From NCBI GenBank assembly GCA_026169815.1, contig JAPFDT010000043.1:15118-79117 (forward strand): 64,000 bases of DNA. Reading direction: 5' to 3'. The notes below the pieces were generated by a model. The model saw only the letters and a list, made by a program, of their open reading frames with translations. It made no database searches and was not told the origin of the DNA. The first letter of the stretch is position 1; each line of letters opens with the position of its first letter. The translations under genes and the position numbers were made by a program. Source of the stretch: Pseudogracilibacillus sp. (GTDB lineage: Bacteria > Bacillota > Bacilli > Bacillales > Amphibacillaceae). This document shows positions 1 to 9,489 of this stretch, piece by piece.

Positions 1-250
1 TTAAATTACCGCACAATAGTCCTTATTTTAATTGTAACTTGTAAAAATAAATCGTCAAGTGTGTTTTCAGATAATTCCGAAATGTGAGGAAGGTAAGCGT
101 GCAATTTTAAGTATGAGCGCGCAATTCCTCCATCGAGTAGATAGACAGTACCTATCATTCTAGTTCTCAACATCCTTCTAACAAAAAAGTTTTAAATTTA
201 AATGTATAGAATTGGAAATATCTGTTCACAATGGGGATGAGGTGATAAGA

Positions 251-1126
251 ATGAAAGAATTTCCAAACGGATCCAAAAATAAATGGACTCGAATTTTACA
301 GAAGAAATGGTTTTTTCCATCGGTATATTTATTATTAGCGGCATTTCTTCTTACAGGTGTTGTTTGGTATCAGAATTTTGAAAGTAAGTTGATGGAGGGG
401 ATGGACGACGATAGTTCGGAGTTAAGTGATATCGATGCAGCGAATCCGTTCGATGATGAAGAGGCGGAGTCGGTTGTACAGCAGCAAGAAACGATAAAAA
501 TGCCAGTAACAGAAGATATGCAAGCTGAAATTGTCACTAAATTTTTCGATTACAATGATGAACAAGAAGAACAAGAAAAAGGCTTGAACCTTTATAACAA
601 CCGTTATTATCAAAGTACAGGTATCGATATTGCCGCAGATGATGGAGAGACATTTGACGTGGTTGCATCATTAAGTGGTACTGTAGAAGAAGTTAAGGAA
701 GATCCTTTACTAGGACATATTGTCATCATGTCTCATGAAAAAGATGTGTCGACATATTATGCGAGTTTAGGAGAAGTGGATGTAAAAGAAGGCGCTAAAG
801 TAAGTCAAGGCGACAAACTTGGTATCGCTGGGAAAAATTTATTTAGTGAAGAAAGTGGTAATCACGTTCATTTTGAATTACGAAAAGATGAAACACAAGT
901 AAACCCAGAAGACTTTTTCAATGAATCAATTGCTACTTTAATCGAATTTGAACCAGCTGAAGTAGAAGATGAGGCAGTAGAAGAAGAGCAAGAAGTACCT
1001 GAATTAGATGAAGCAGACGAAGAAGAAGAGCTAGACGAAGAAGACACCGAATCTGATGATGAAGATGAAGCGGATTCTGAGGAAGAAGATGCTTTACGAG
1101 ACGTATCATTTTATATGACAACTTAA
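251..1126 (+). CDS. spoIIQ: Stage II sporulation protein Q-like membrane protein with degenerate LytM/M23 domain and acidic C-terminal tail
   Basis: ORF 212..1126; in-frame ATG at 251 follows GAGGTG. N-terminal TM helix (FFPSVYLLLAAFLLTGVVWYQ). M23 core has Ser in place of the first metal-ligand His (STGIDIA) but keeps HVHFE, as in B. subtilis SpoIIQ. Lies directly upstream of spoIIID. Confidence 0.8.
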   Translation: MKEFPNGSKNKWTRILQKKWFFPSVYLLLAAFLLTGVVWYQNFESKLMEGMDDDSSELSDIDAANPFDDEEAESVVQQQETIKMPVTEDMQAEIVTKFFDYNDEQEEQEKGLNLYNNRYYQSTGIDIAADDGETFDVVASLSGTVEEVKEDPLLGHIVIMSHEKDVSTYYASLGEVDVKEGAKVSQGDKLGIAGKNLFSEESGNHVHFELRKDETQVNPEDFFNESIATLIEFEPAEVEDEAVEEEQEVPELDEADEEEELDEEDTESDDEDEADSEEEDALRDVSFYMTT

Positions 1127-1140
1127 AAAAATCTTTTAAA

Positions 1141-1186
1141 ACTGTATGCGAGCAATGTAAAAATTGCGTCGCATACAGTTTTTTAT
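1141..1186 (+). terminator. Rho-independent terminator after spoIIQ
   Basis: Stem ACTGTATGCGA (1141-1151) pairs with TCGCATACAGT (1169-1179), followed by a T-run. Confidence 0.8.
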
Positions 1187-1455
1187 TTGCTTGAAAATCA
1201 ATTCAATTCTGAACAAATGTAGACATTTAATCATATTCCGTATTTTTACTAATAAAATAAAAAGAACAGTAAAATCGTAAAATCTGGGGTGCGAGAAGGA
1301 ATTGAACTGTACAACACTTTGTTTTTGATGTATCGAAATGAAGCTTGTCACAGGAACAAAAGGAAGCCTTGCCATTCATCTGCTTATGTTTTTCTAAATG
1401 TACATGTATACACCGCATGAACACCTCAGAAAAACAACATAGGGAGGCGAACGGT

Positions 1456-1722
1456 GTGCATGATTACATCAAAGAAAGGACAATCAGGATAGGGTATTAT
1501 GTGTTAGAAACACGTAAGACTGTCCGTGTGATTGCAAAAGAATTTGGTGTTTCGAAGAGCACAGTTCATAAAGATTTAACCGAACGATTACCAGAAATAA
1601 ATCCATTGCTCGCCAAACAAGTACAAGAAGTATTAGACTATCATAAGTCAGTTCGGCATATTCGAGGAGGGGAGGCAACGCGTGCAAAATATTTACATGA
1701 AAAGGAACAAGAATTGAAATAA
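1456..1722 (+). CDS. spoIIID: Stage III sporulation protein D, small HTH transcription factor
   Basis: GTG at 1456 lies 8 nt after AGGGAGG. Product (M)HDYIKERTIRIGYYVLETRKTVRVIAKEFGVSKSTVHKDLTERLPEINP... is nearly colinear with B. subtilis SpoIIID. The longer ORF from 1345 has no RBS. Confidence 0.92.
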   Translation: MHDYIKERTIRIGYYVLETRKTVRVIAKEFGVSKSTVHKDLTERLPEINPLLAKQVQEVLDYHKSVRHIRGGEATRAKYLHEKEQELK

Positions 1723-1728
1723 AACGTA

Positions 1729-1774
1729 AAACAGTTAGTGAAAACGTGATTGTTTTTTTCCTAACTGTTTTCCC
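1729..1774 (+). terminator. Terminator after spoIIID
   Basis: AACAGTTAG (1730-1738) pairs with CTAACTGTT (1761-1769), then TTTT; the loop is long. Confidence 0.55.
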
Positions 1775-1948
1775 TTATTAAAAAATTCCCCCCCCCATCA
1801 AACACTTACTTCACTATCCCCCACAACTATCTGCGCGTGCATGCTTGAAACAATGCTTGTGACCATATACAATTAATATGAAACAAATCACGATGAGTTT
1901 TTAATAAATAGCTAGGAATACAATGAAAAATAGACAAGGGTGAATAAA

Positions 1949-2641
1949 ATGAAGAAAATTTATACAAGTTTTGACGAGGCAGTTGCTCATATAGAAGATG
2001 GCATGACGCTAATGGTTGGTGGCTTCGGCTTAGTCGGAATTCCGGAAAATTTAATTAAAGCATTAAAAGAACAGAAGATGACAGACCTAACAGTCATTTC
2101 AAACAACTGTGGAGTAGATGATTGGGGCTTAGGATTACTACTACAAGATAAACAAATTAAAAAAATGATTTCATCGTACGTTGGTGAAAATAAAGAGTTT
2201 GAGAAACAAGTGTTAAACGGTGAATTAGAAGTTGATTTAGTTCCACAAGGTTCACTCGCAGAAAAGATTCGTGCAGGCGGTGCGGGAATTCCAGCATTTT
2301 ACACTCCAGCTGGTGTCGGGACTCCAATTGCTGAAGGACGTGAAACACGCGAATTTAATGGCAGGGAATATTTATTAGAAGAAGCACTTGTAGCTGATGT
2401 AAGCTTAATTCGTGCATGGAAAGCAGATAAAATGGGGAATTTAGTATTCCGTAAAACAGCACAAAACTTTAACCCAATGATGGCTGCAGCTGGAAAAGTG
2501 ACAATTGCAGAAGTGGAAGAAATTGTGGAAGTTGGCGAATTAGATCCAAATGAGATACATACTCCGAGCATTTATGTACAAGGCATTATTCAAGGTGATC
2601 AAGAAAAACGTATTGAACGATTAACAGTGAAAGAAGCGTAA
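1949..2641 (+). CDS. scoA: 3-oxoacid (succinyl-CoA:acetoacetate) CoA-transferase subunit A
   Basis: ORF 1940..2641; ATG at 1949 follows AAGGGTG. Family motifs present: [44 protein letters not shown]. Confidence 0.9.
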   Translation: MKKIYTSFDEAVAHIEDGMTLMVGGFGLVGIPENLIKALKEQKMTDLTVISNNCGVDDWGLGLLLQDKQIKKMISSYVGENKEFEKQVLNGELEVDLVPQGSLAEKIRAGGAGIPAFYTPAGVGTPIAEGRETREFNGREYLLEEALVADVSLIRAWKADKMGNLVFRKTAQNFNPMMAAAGKVTIAEVEEIVEVGELDPNEIHTPSIYVQGIIQGDQEKRIERLTVKEA

Positions 2642-2656
2642 GGAGGAGAAATATCG

Positions 2657-3316
2657 ATGAGTAAAAATATTCGTGTACAAATTGCAAAAAGAGCAGAAAA
2701 AGAATTACAAGATGGCGATTATGTGAACTTAGGAATCGGTATGCCAACAATGGTAGCTAATCATATTTCCGATGATAAAACGATTGTTATGCAATCGGAA
2801 AATGGTTTATTAGGAATTGGTCCATACCCGACAGAAGATGAAGTAGACCCCGATCTAATTAACGCAGGAAAAGAGACAGTAACAGCAATTAAGGGCGCAA
2901 GTTTTTTCACGAATGCTGAGTCATTTGCGATGATTCGCGGTGGACATATTGATGTTGCCATTTTAGGTGGAATGGAAGTTGCTGAAAATGGTGATTTAGC
3001 AAACTGGATGATTCCAGGTAAAATGATTAAAGGAATGGGCGGCGCCATGGACTTAGTAAATGGTGCAAAAAGAATCATTATCATTATGGACCACGTCACA
3101 CGCGATGGTAAGCCGAAAATTTTAAACCAATGCTCCCTTCCATTAACTGGAAAAGGTGTTGTAAACCGAATTATTACCGACCGAGCTGTCATCGATGTAA
3201 CAGATGCAGGATTGAAACTAGTCGAAGTCGCAGAAGGATATACATTAGAGGATATTATCGCCTCAACAGAACCAGAATTAATCGTCTCAGATAACCTTGT
3301 CTACGACGCATTTTAA
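2657..3316 (+). CDS. scoB: 3-oxoacid CoA-transferase subunit B
   Basis: Has the catalytic-Glu motif QSENGLLGIGP and GGAMDLV. Starts 16 nt after scoA behind GGAGGAG. Confidence 0.9.
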   Translation: MSKNIRVQIAKRAEKELQDGDYVNLGIGMPTMVANHISDDKTIVMQSENGLLGIGPYPTEDEVDPDLINAGKETVTAIKGASFFTNAESFAMIRGGHIDVAILGGMEVAENGDLANWMIPGKMIKGMGGAMDLVNGAKRIIIIMDHVTRDGKPKILNQCSLPLTGKGVVNRIITDRAVIDVTDAGLKLVEVAEGYTLEDIIASTEPELIVSDNLVYDAF

Positions 3317-3329
3317 TTACTTAAAAAAA

Positions 3330-3368
3330 CTTTATCCACTCGCTCAAAGTAGTGGATAAAGTTTTTTA
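3330..3368 (+). terminator. Terminator after scoB
   Basis: CTTTATCCACT (3330-3340) pairs with AGTGGATAAAG (3351-3361), followed by TTTTTT. Confidence 0.85.
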
Positions 3369-3374
3369 TCTTCC

Positions 3375-4025
3375 TCCGCTCGGAATTGTGGTGACTTTGC
3401 TCGTTTAGGGTTGCCCCCGCTCGGATTTGTGGTGTCTCTGCTCGTTTTCGGCTCCCCCTGCTCGGATTTCAGGTGTTCTCGCTCGTTTTCGGCAGCCCTC
3501 GCTCGGATTTCAGGTGTCCTCGCTCGTTTTGGTCAGCCCTCGCTCGGATTTTAGGTGTTCTCGCTCGTTTTCGGTTGCCCCCGCTCGGATTTCAGGTGTC
3601 CTCGCTCGTTTTCGGCAGCCCTCGCTCGGATTTGTGGTGTCTCTGCTCGTTTTCGGCTCCCCCCGCTCGGATTTCAGGTGTTCTCGCTCGTTTTGGTCAG
3701 CCCCCGCTCGGATATCAGGTGTCTTCGCTCGTTTTCGGCTACCCTCGCTCGGATTTCAGGTGTTCTCGCTCGTTTTCGGCTACCCTCGCTCGGATTTCAG
3801 GTGGCTTCGCTCGTTTTGGTCAGCCCCCGCTCGGATATCAGGTGTCCTCGCTCGTTTTCGGCTCCCCTCGCTCGGATTTCAGGTGTCCTCGCTCGTTTTC
3901 GGCTCCCCCCGCTCGAATTTCAGCTGTCCTCGCTCGTTTATGATTGCCCTCGCTCGGATTTCAGCTGTCCTCGCTCGTTTTCACAGCTCTTCGCTCGAAT
4001 TTCCAACAATCCCGCTCGTTTAACT
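3375..4025 (+). repeat. Tandem array, 41-bp compound unit (two related ~20/21-bp half units each starting GCTCG), about 16 copies
   Basis: GCTCGG recurs at 3378, 3419, 3460 and onward with exact 41-bp phasing. Unit is roughly GCTCGGATTTCAGGTGTYCTC + GCTCGTTTTCGGCWSCCCYC. All three + frames are open but there is no RBS. Confidence 0.95.
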
Positions 4026-4230
4026 AAAAATTTTATTATTCAAAAGAGGAGAATAGACTCATATTACAACATTCAAAACATCTAAAAGTTGAGAAAAATT
4101 TTTTCCCTCAAAAAATGTCATAATCATTAGGTTTATTGTTGTAAATTGTGGTAGAATAGGTTGTTAGAAGTATAAAAACGATTATAAATGAAATTTGAGA
4201 TAGATTTATAACTAGGAGGACAAAAGAATT

Positions 4231-5232
4231 ATGTTTTCGAGAGACATTGGAATTGACCTAGGAACAGCAAACGTGCTCATTCACGTTAAAGGAAAAGGAA
4301 TTGTATTAAATGAGCCAGCTGTTGTTGCGATGGATCGTACGAGTGGAAAAGTATTAGCTGTTGGTGAAGAAGCGTATTTAATGGTTGGAAGAACTCCGGG
4401 AAATATTGAAGCAATTCGTCCACTTAAAGATGGGGTAATTGCTGATTTTGACGTGACTGAAGCGATGTTAAAACATTTTATTAATAAAATTAAAGTTCGT
4501 GGATTTTTATCGAAGCCGAGAATGCTCATTTGTTGTCCAACGAACATTACAAAAGTTGAACAAAAAGCGATTAAAGAAGCGGCAGAAAAATCTGGTGGAC
4601 GTAAAGTTTACCTAGAAGAAGAGCCGAAAGTTGCGGCAATCGGAGCAGGAATGGAAATTTTCCAACCGAGTGGAAATATGGTAATTGATATCGGTGGAGG
4701 AACGACTGACGTTGCGGTTCTTTCAATGGGTGATATCGTTACAGCAGAGTCGATTAAACTTGCTGGTGACACGTTTGACCATGATATTTTACAATACATT
4801 AAGAAGAAATATAAATTATTAATTGGTGAACGTACAGCGGAAGATATTAAAGTCCAAGTAGGTACAGTATTTAAAGATAGTCGTCATGAATCAATCGACA
4901 TTCGTGGACGTGATATGGTAAGTGGATTGCCACAAACAATTACGGTACATTCTGAGGAAATTGAAGAAGCATTACGTGAACCTGTTGCACTTATTGTTCA
5001 ATCTGCAAAAGCAGTATTAGAGCGTACACCACCAGAGTTATCAGCTGACATTATTGACCGTGGCGTTATTTTAACAGGTGGGGGCGCAATGATTCATGGC
5101 TTAGATTTATTGTTAGCAGAGGAATTGAAGGTACCTGTTTTAATGGCAGAAGAACCAATGAATTGTGTAGCTAAAGGAACAGGACTTATGTTAGCAAATA
5201 TCGATAAAATTGAATCGAGAAAAATCATTTAA
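4231..5232 (+). CDS. mbl: MreB-family rod-shape determining actin homologue (Mbl by synteny)
   Basis: DIGIDLGTANVLIHVKGKGIVLNEPAVVA..., DIGGGTTDVAVLS, LTGGGAMIHGLD. Position spoIIID-mbl-flhO-flhP matches B. subtilis. Confidence 0.88.
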   Translation: MFSRDIGIDLGTANVLIHVKGKGIVLNEPAVVAMDRTSGKVLAVGEEAYLMVGRTPGNIEAIRPLKDGVIADFDVTEAMLKHFINKIKVRGFLSKPRMLICCPTNITKVEQKAIKEAAEKSGGRKVYLEEEPKVAAIGAGMEIFQPSGNMVIDIGGGTTDVAVLSMGDIVTAESIKLAGDTFDHDILQYIKKKYKLLIGERTAEDIKVQVGTVFKDSRHESIDIRGRDMVSGLPQTITVHSEEIEEALREPVALIVQSAKAVLERTPPELSADIIDRGVILTGGGAMIHGLDLLLAEELKVPVLMAEEPMNCVAKGTGLMLANIDKIESRKII

Positions 5233-5285
5233 CTTTTTATTGAAACGAAAATATTTGGAAAAAAAGCTAGTAAGGAGGTTTTTCA

Positions 5286-6110
5286 ATGTTACGAGGGTTT
5301 TATACAGCCGCAAGTGGAATGATATCGCAACAGCGCGTTCAAGAAGCTTTATCTGATAATATAGCGAATGTTAATACTCCTGGTTATAAAGCAGACGAAC
5401 CTGTATTACGAGCATTTCCAGAAATGTTACTAAGGCAAATGGGATCGAATGAAGAAGGTTTAGGTCAAGGACCAACTCGTACCCGTTCAGGACAAGGAAT
5501 TGGTTCATTGAACACAGCAGCATACGTACAAGAGTTAATTCCGGAGTTCTCCCAAGGACCGATTCGAGAAACAGGACAACCAACTGATTTAGCACTCGTT
5601 GACGGCGTACTACCAGATGAGACGGGTAGCTTATTTTTCACGGTTGAAAATGAAGCTGGAGATGTGCGTTATACACGTAACGGTCATTTCACAGTTGATG
5701 CAGATGGTTACCTGACAACGAATGAAGGTAATTATATTTTAGATGATAATAATAACCGGATTCAGCCAAATAGTTTAGATTTCGTCGTTAACGCAAATGG
5801 ACAAATTGAAGCGGATGGTATGAATGCAAATCTCGGTATTGCCTATGTTGCGAACGTCGAAGATATGGTCAAAGAGGAAAATAATCTTTGGACAGGCGAA
5901 GATGGGGATGTCGCAGCAGTTGATGCACGTGGAGAAGATGTCACTTTTTCTATTTTACAAAACACACTTGAAGGTGCGAATGTAGACGCTGGAAAAACAA
6001 TGACAGATATGATGAGTGCTTATCGCATGTTCGAGCAAAGTCAACGGATGTTAAAAGTATATGACGAAAATATGCAAAAAACCGTATCAGAAGTTGGTCG
6101 TTTAGGTTAA
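5286..6110 (+). CDS. flhO: Flagellar basal-body rod protein (FlgF/FlgG family)
   Basis: N-terminal rod motif MLRGFYTAASGMISQQRVQEALSDNIANVNTPGYK and C-terminal YRMFEQSQRMLKVYDE. Named by synteny after mbl. Confidence 0.8.
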   Translation: MLRGFYTAASGMISQQRVQEALSDNIANVNTPGYKADEPVLRAFPEMLLRQMGSNEEGLGQGPTRTRSGQGIGSLNTAAYVQELIPEFSQGPIRETGQPTDLALVDGVLPDETGSLFFTVENEAGDVRYTRNGHFTVDADGYLTTNEGNYILDDNNNRIQPNSLDFVVNANGQIEADGMNANLGIAYVANVEDMVKEENNLWTGEDGDVAAVDARGEDVTFSILQNTLEGANVDAGKTMTDMMSAYRMFEQSQRMLKVYDENMQKTVSEVGRLG

Positions 6111-6133
6111 AAAATTTATAAGAGGTGACTTAG

Positions 6134-6964
6134 ATGTCTTTTCGAATGTCGTCACTAGCAGCAGGAACGATGAATCAATTACAACAAAAAATGGATATGA
6201 TTGCACATAACTTAGCAAACAGTAATACAGTTGGTTATAAAGAACGTCAAACAGAGTTTTCTGATTTGTTATCGCAACAAATTAATAATCTAACACCAGC
6301 TGACCAAGCAGGGCCACGCCTTACGCCTGATGGATTAAGAGAAGGAATGGGTGCCCGTTTAGGTGCAATTAATTCGAATTTAGAAATGGGCTCGATTCAA
6401 GTGACAGAGCGTGAACTTGATAACGTCCTTCGTAATGAAAAACATTTATTCCAAGTTCAGGCAGAACATAACGGACAACAAGAAGTTCAATATACACGCG
6501 ACGGCTCTTTTTACTTACAACCTGTCGGAAATGGCGATGACATGATGTTAGTAACACAAGATGGGCTACCTGTTTTAGGACAAAATGGCACCATTCAATT
6601 TTCTGGAGCAGATGTTGAACAAATTCAAATGGACGAAGCTGGGAATCTCTATGTGAAACGAGCAGGACAAGTGGAAGATGAAATTGTCGGCACACTTGCA
6701 CTTTCTGAGGCAACTTTTCCTCGCGCACTTGAAACAGTAGGTGACAACTTATTCCGTATCGGAGAAGAATTTGCAAACAATAACGTCATGCAAGCTGTAC
6801 AAAACGACGATCGTGTCATTCAAAATGGAGCGATTGAAATGTCGAACGTCAGCATGCAAGATCAAATGACAGACTTAATCAATGCCCAACGTTCTTATCA
6901 AATGAACGCACGCAGTGTTACAATGAGCGACCAAATGCAAGGATTAATTAATCAACTGAGATAA
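6134..6964 (+). CDS. flhP: Flagellar basal-body rod protein (FlgG family)
   Basis: NLANSNTVGYK near the N-terminus and LINAQRSYQMNARSVTMSDQM near the C-terminus. Named by synteny. Confidence 0.8.
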   Translation: MSFRMSSLAAGTMNQLQQKMDMIAHNLANSNTVGYKERQTEFSDLLSQQINNLTPADQAGPRLTPDGLREGMGARLGAINSNLEMGSIQVTERELDNVLRNEKHLFQVQAEHNGQQEVQYTRDGSFYLQPVGNGDDMMLVTQDGLPVLGQNGTIQFSGADVEQIQMDEAGNLYVKRAGQVEDEIVGTLALSEATFPRALETVGDNLFRIGEEFANNNVMQAVQNDDRVIQNGAIEMSNVSMQDQMTDLINAQRSYQMNARSVTMSDQMQGLINQLR

Positions 6965-7066
6965 AAAGTATGAAAAATGATGATGTATCTATTTGTATGT
7001 TATAATATAGTACGTCATTTATGTTCCAATGTGGACAACGTCAAGTTAAAGTAAGGTGAAATATAC

Positions 7067-7390
7067 ATGAGTAAACACTCAAATGAGCAAACAAAAGCGA
7101 AAATAAAGGATGAGCATGAAGAAGTCGAAGCAACTTCAGAAACTACATCCATAAAAAAAGCAGAGCAATCGAATGAACAAACGGACACCACTGAAGGAAA
7201 GTTTAAAATAAATTTTCGAACACGAAAATTTCCAATTTGGTTACGAATCATCGTCGTGCTCATATTGCTCATTATAAGCCTTTTATTAGGTTTAATCGTT
7301 GGTTATGCCTTTTTTGGCGACGGTGAAGTCGTCGACGCATTAAAAATTGAAACATACCAACACATTTTAGATATAATCAACAAAGAATAA
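7067..7390 (+). CDS. Small conserved single-pass membrane protein with Lys/Glu-rich N-terminus (family often mis-annotated as RNA polymerase beta subunit)
   Basis: TM segment FPIWLRIIVVLILLIISLLLGLIVGYAFF followed by TYQHILDIINKE. RBS AAGGTGA lies upstream. Confidence 0.7.
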   Translation: MSKHSNEQTKAKIKDEHEEVEATSETTSIKKAEQSNEQTDTTEGKFKINFRTRKFPIWLRIIVVLILLIISLLLGLIVGYAFFGDGEVVDALKIETYQHILDIINKE

Positions 7391-7507
7391 TCATACTCCT
7401 GTCCCAAGGTGGATAGGAGTATTGTTGTAAATAGATAAATGAATCAAATTCATAATAGATAATTTAATTAAAAACACGAATGATTATATACAAAGTGTTA
7501 TTAACAT

Positions 7508-7717
7508 ACGTTTTTAACTCCCGTAACTAGGTTTACTTGAATGTAAGCCGACTGACTCTTGCGGGAAAAGCAAAAGTTCTTCGGTGGGTGAACGATAGTG
7601 AAACCCATGAGTCCGAAAATCCTTGGTACAATACGATAGTGTTGTACCAAGAGTTGAGGCCATGCCCGCAGAAAGCAGTCGGCTGGAATGAAAGTAAACG
7701 GTTCTACCTTCAAACGT
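7508..7717 (+). ncRNA. Structured RNA candidate, 6S-RNA-like extended hairpin (~200 nt)
   Basis: Nested helices: 7531-7538/7692-7699 (GTTTACTT/AAGTAAAC), 7547-7554/7676-7683 (GCCGACTG/CAGTCGGC) and 7560-7565/7665-7670 (TGCGGG/CCCGCA). They enclose an unpaired A-rich 5' bubble, a terminal hairpin (7579-7617) and a 10-bp hairpin (7622-7651). Not verified with a covariance model; strand assignment is tentative. Confidence 0.45.
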
Positions 7718-7793
7718 AAAGTTCGTGTTTGAGATACTAAAATAAATGATGTAATTGATTCAATTTAAAAATAAATGAAAAGAGGCGTTCCTT

Positions 7794-8216
7794 ATGTTAG
7801 ATGTACAACAAATTAAAGAAATCATTCCTCATCGTTATCCTTTTTTACTCGTTGATAAAGTAACAGAAATGGAAGAAGGCAAACGTGTCGTAGGCTTAAA
7901 AAACGTTTCAGCTAATGAACCATTTTTCGAAGGTCATTTTCCAGAATACCCAGTTATGCCTGGTGTATTAATTTTAGAAGCTTTAGCACAAGTTGGCGCG
8001 ATTGCTGTTTTAGATATGGAGGAAAATAAAGGAAAAATTGGCTTTTTAGCTGGAGTAGATAAATGCCGTTTTAAACGAGAAGTAAAACCAGGGGATCAAC
8101 TCGAATTAGAAGTTGAAATTATACGTATGAAAGGCCCTATTGGAAAAGGAAAAGGGATTGCGAAAGTCGACGGGGAAGTTGCCTGCCAAGCAGAAATTAC
8201 TTTTGCTATAAAATAA
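7794..8216 (+). CDS. fabZ: 3-hydroxyacyl-ACP dehydratase
   Basis: [36 protein letters not shown]; 140 aa. Confidence 0.95.
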   Translation: MLDVQQIKEIIPHRYPFLLVDKVTEMEEGKRVVGLKNVSANEPFFEGHFPEYPVMPGVLILEALAQVGAIAVLDMEENKGKIGFLAGVDKCRFKREVKPGDQLELEVEIIRMKGPIGKGKGIAKVDGEVACQAEITFAIK

Positions 8217-8266
8217 AAAATAAGCTTGTAGACGCTACATATGCGTTTGCAAGCTTATTTTTTATT
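8217..8266 (+). terminator. Terminator after fabZ
   Basis: AATAAGCTTG pairs with CAAGCTTATT, followed by a T-run. Confidence 0.8.
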
Positions 8267-8281
8267 GTGTCACACTAAACC

Positions 8282-8310
8282 TTGACAAGTATAACACATT
8301 TAGATATATT
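8282..8310 (+). promoter_or_regulatory. Sigma-A-type promoter for the ribose operon
   Basis: TTGACA (8282-8287), 17-nt spacer, TATATT (8305-8310). Confidence 0.55.
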
Positions 8311-8315
8311 ATAAA

Positions 8316-8330
8316 TATAACCGGTTACAT
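8316..8330. promoter_or_regulatory. Candidate LacI-family (RbsR) operator 1
   Basis: TATAACCGGTTACAT is a near-palindrome around AACCGGTT, just downstream of the -10. Confidence 0.45.
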
Positions 8331-8374
8331 CATTGTTACATATCATGTTATGTATTAATTAAGAGGAAAATAAC

Positions 8375-8388
8375 TGAACCGGTTACAT
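8375..8388. promoter_or_regulatory. Candidate LacI-family (RbsR) operator 2
   Basis: TGAACCGGTTACAT is a second copy of the same half-sites, next to the rbsR RBS. Confidence 0.45.
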
Positions 8389-8400
8389 GGAGGTCGAAAA

Positions 8401-9405
8401 ATGGCTACGATTCGTGATGTCGCCAAACAAGCAGGCGTATCGATTGCGACAGTTTCAAGAGTGATTAACAATAAAGGAAAAATTAAGCAAGAAACCGAAA
8501 CGACAGTTCGCGAGGCGATTAAAAAATTAAATTATATACCTAACAAAGTAGCACAAGGTCTATCAAATCAACGCTCAAATGCAGTTGCATTTATATTACC
8601 TTCGATTAGTAACCCGTTTTTTCCAGAAATGGCACGTGCAGTAGAAGACGTCGCTCAACAACATGGTTACCACGTATTTATCTGTAATACAGATGATAAA
8701 CGAGAAAAGGTGCTAAATTATCTTGATAATTTAGCGACACATTATGTAGATGGCATTATTTTAAATTCACATATAATAAAAGAAGCAGATTTAGAAAAGT
8801 TAAGAAACAACAATATATCAATAGTTATGATGGACCGAGTTTTAGAACACGAAGAAACCACAGCCTTTGCAGTAAAAAATCGTGCAGGAGGACGTAAAGC
8901 AACAGAACATTTACTCGATGTTGGTTGTAAACGAGTTGCCCATATTAGTGGTGTGACAGATATTCCGACTGCTCAAGATCGAATGTGGGGCTATCTTGAT
9001 GTTGTTGGAACCTTGCCATGGTATGACACTAGCTACATTAGTCGAAGTGATTTCACTGTAGAGGGAGGCTATCAAGCGGCGAAAGAATTGTTCATGCGTC
9101 ACCCTGAAGTTGATGGTATTTTTGCAGGGAATGACTTAATGGCAATTGGTGCATTACGAGCAGCACATGAATGGGGGAAGGCGATACCGAATGAATTAGC
9201 GATTGTCGGTTTTGACGGTATTGATATGAGCGCACTTACGACCCCACCAATGACGACAGTACAACAACCAATTTATGAGCTAGGTGAACTTGCAATGAAA
9301 GAATTATTAGGTCATATGAATGACGAAGCATATGAAGCGAAAACAGTGAACCTCGACGTTGAATTAATTATTCGAGAAACGACGATGCGAACACAACAAA
9401 ATTAA
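8401..9405 (+). CDS. rbsR: LacI-family transcriptional repressor of the ribose operon
   Basis: N-terminal HTH MATIRDVAKQAGVSIATVSRVINN plus a periplasmic-binding-protein-like sugar domain. First gene of the rbs cluster. Confidence 0.85.
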   Translation: MATIRDVAKQAGVSIATVSRVINNKGKIKQETETTVREAIKKLNYIPNKVAQGLSNQRSNAVAFILPSISNPFFPEMARAVEDVAQQHGYHVFICNTDDKREKVLNYLDNLATHYVDGIILNSHIIKEADLEKLRNNNISIVMMDRVLEHEETTAFAVKNRAGGRKATEHLLDVGCKRVAHISGVTDIPTAQDRMWGYLDVVGTLPWYDTSYISRSDFTVEGGYQAAKELFMRHPEVDGIFAGNDLMAIGALRAAHEWGKAIPNELAIVGFDGIDMSALTTPPMTTVQQPIYELGELAMKELLGHMNDEAYEAKTVNLDVELIIRETTMRTQQN

Positions 9406-9489
9406 GCAAAGAAAAAGACTATTCGTTCACGATTACAACAATATGATAACTAGAAGACGCGAATCAAGTTGTTAGTGGGAGGAAATAAC

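Noticed and set aside
195-235. Possible sigma-F-type promoter (GTATA-N15-GTTCACAAT) upstream of spoIIQ
   Set aside because: The match to the -10 consensus is only partial and I cannot score it. It is biologically expected but too weak to report as a feature.
3427-4085. Three overlapping + strand ORFs (156-198 aa) with repetitive peptides such as SLVFGSPRSDFRCPRSF
   Set aside because: They lie entirely within the 41-bp tandem array. All three frames are open only because the unit lacks stop triplets. There is no RBS and no sensible start, and the proteins are pure translated repeat.
7501-7719. ORFs 7501..7713 (-) and 7537..7719 (+) in the gap upstream of fabZ
   Set aside because: There is no RBS and no family resemblance. 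Both overlap the long nested helices that better explain the sequence as a structured RNA.
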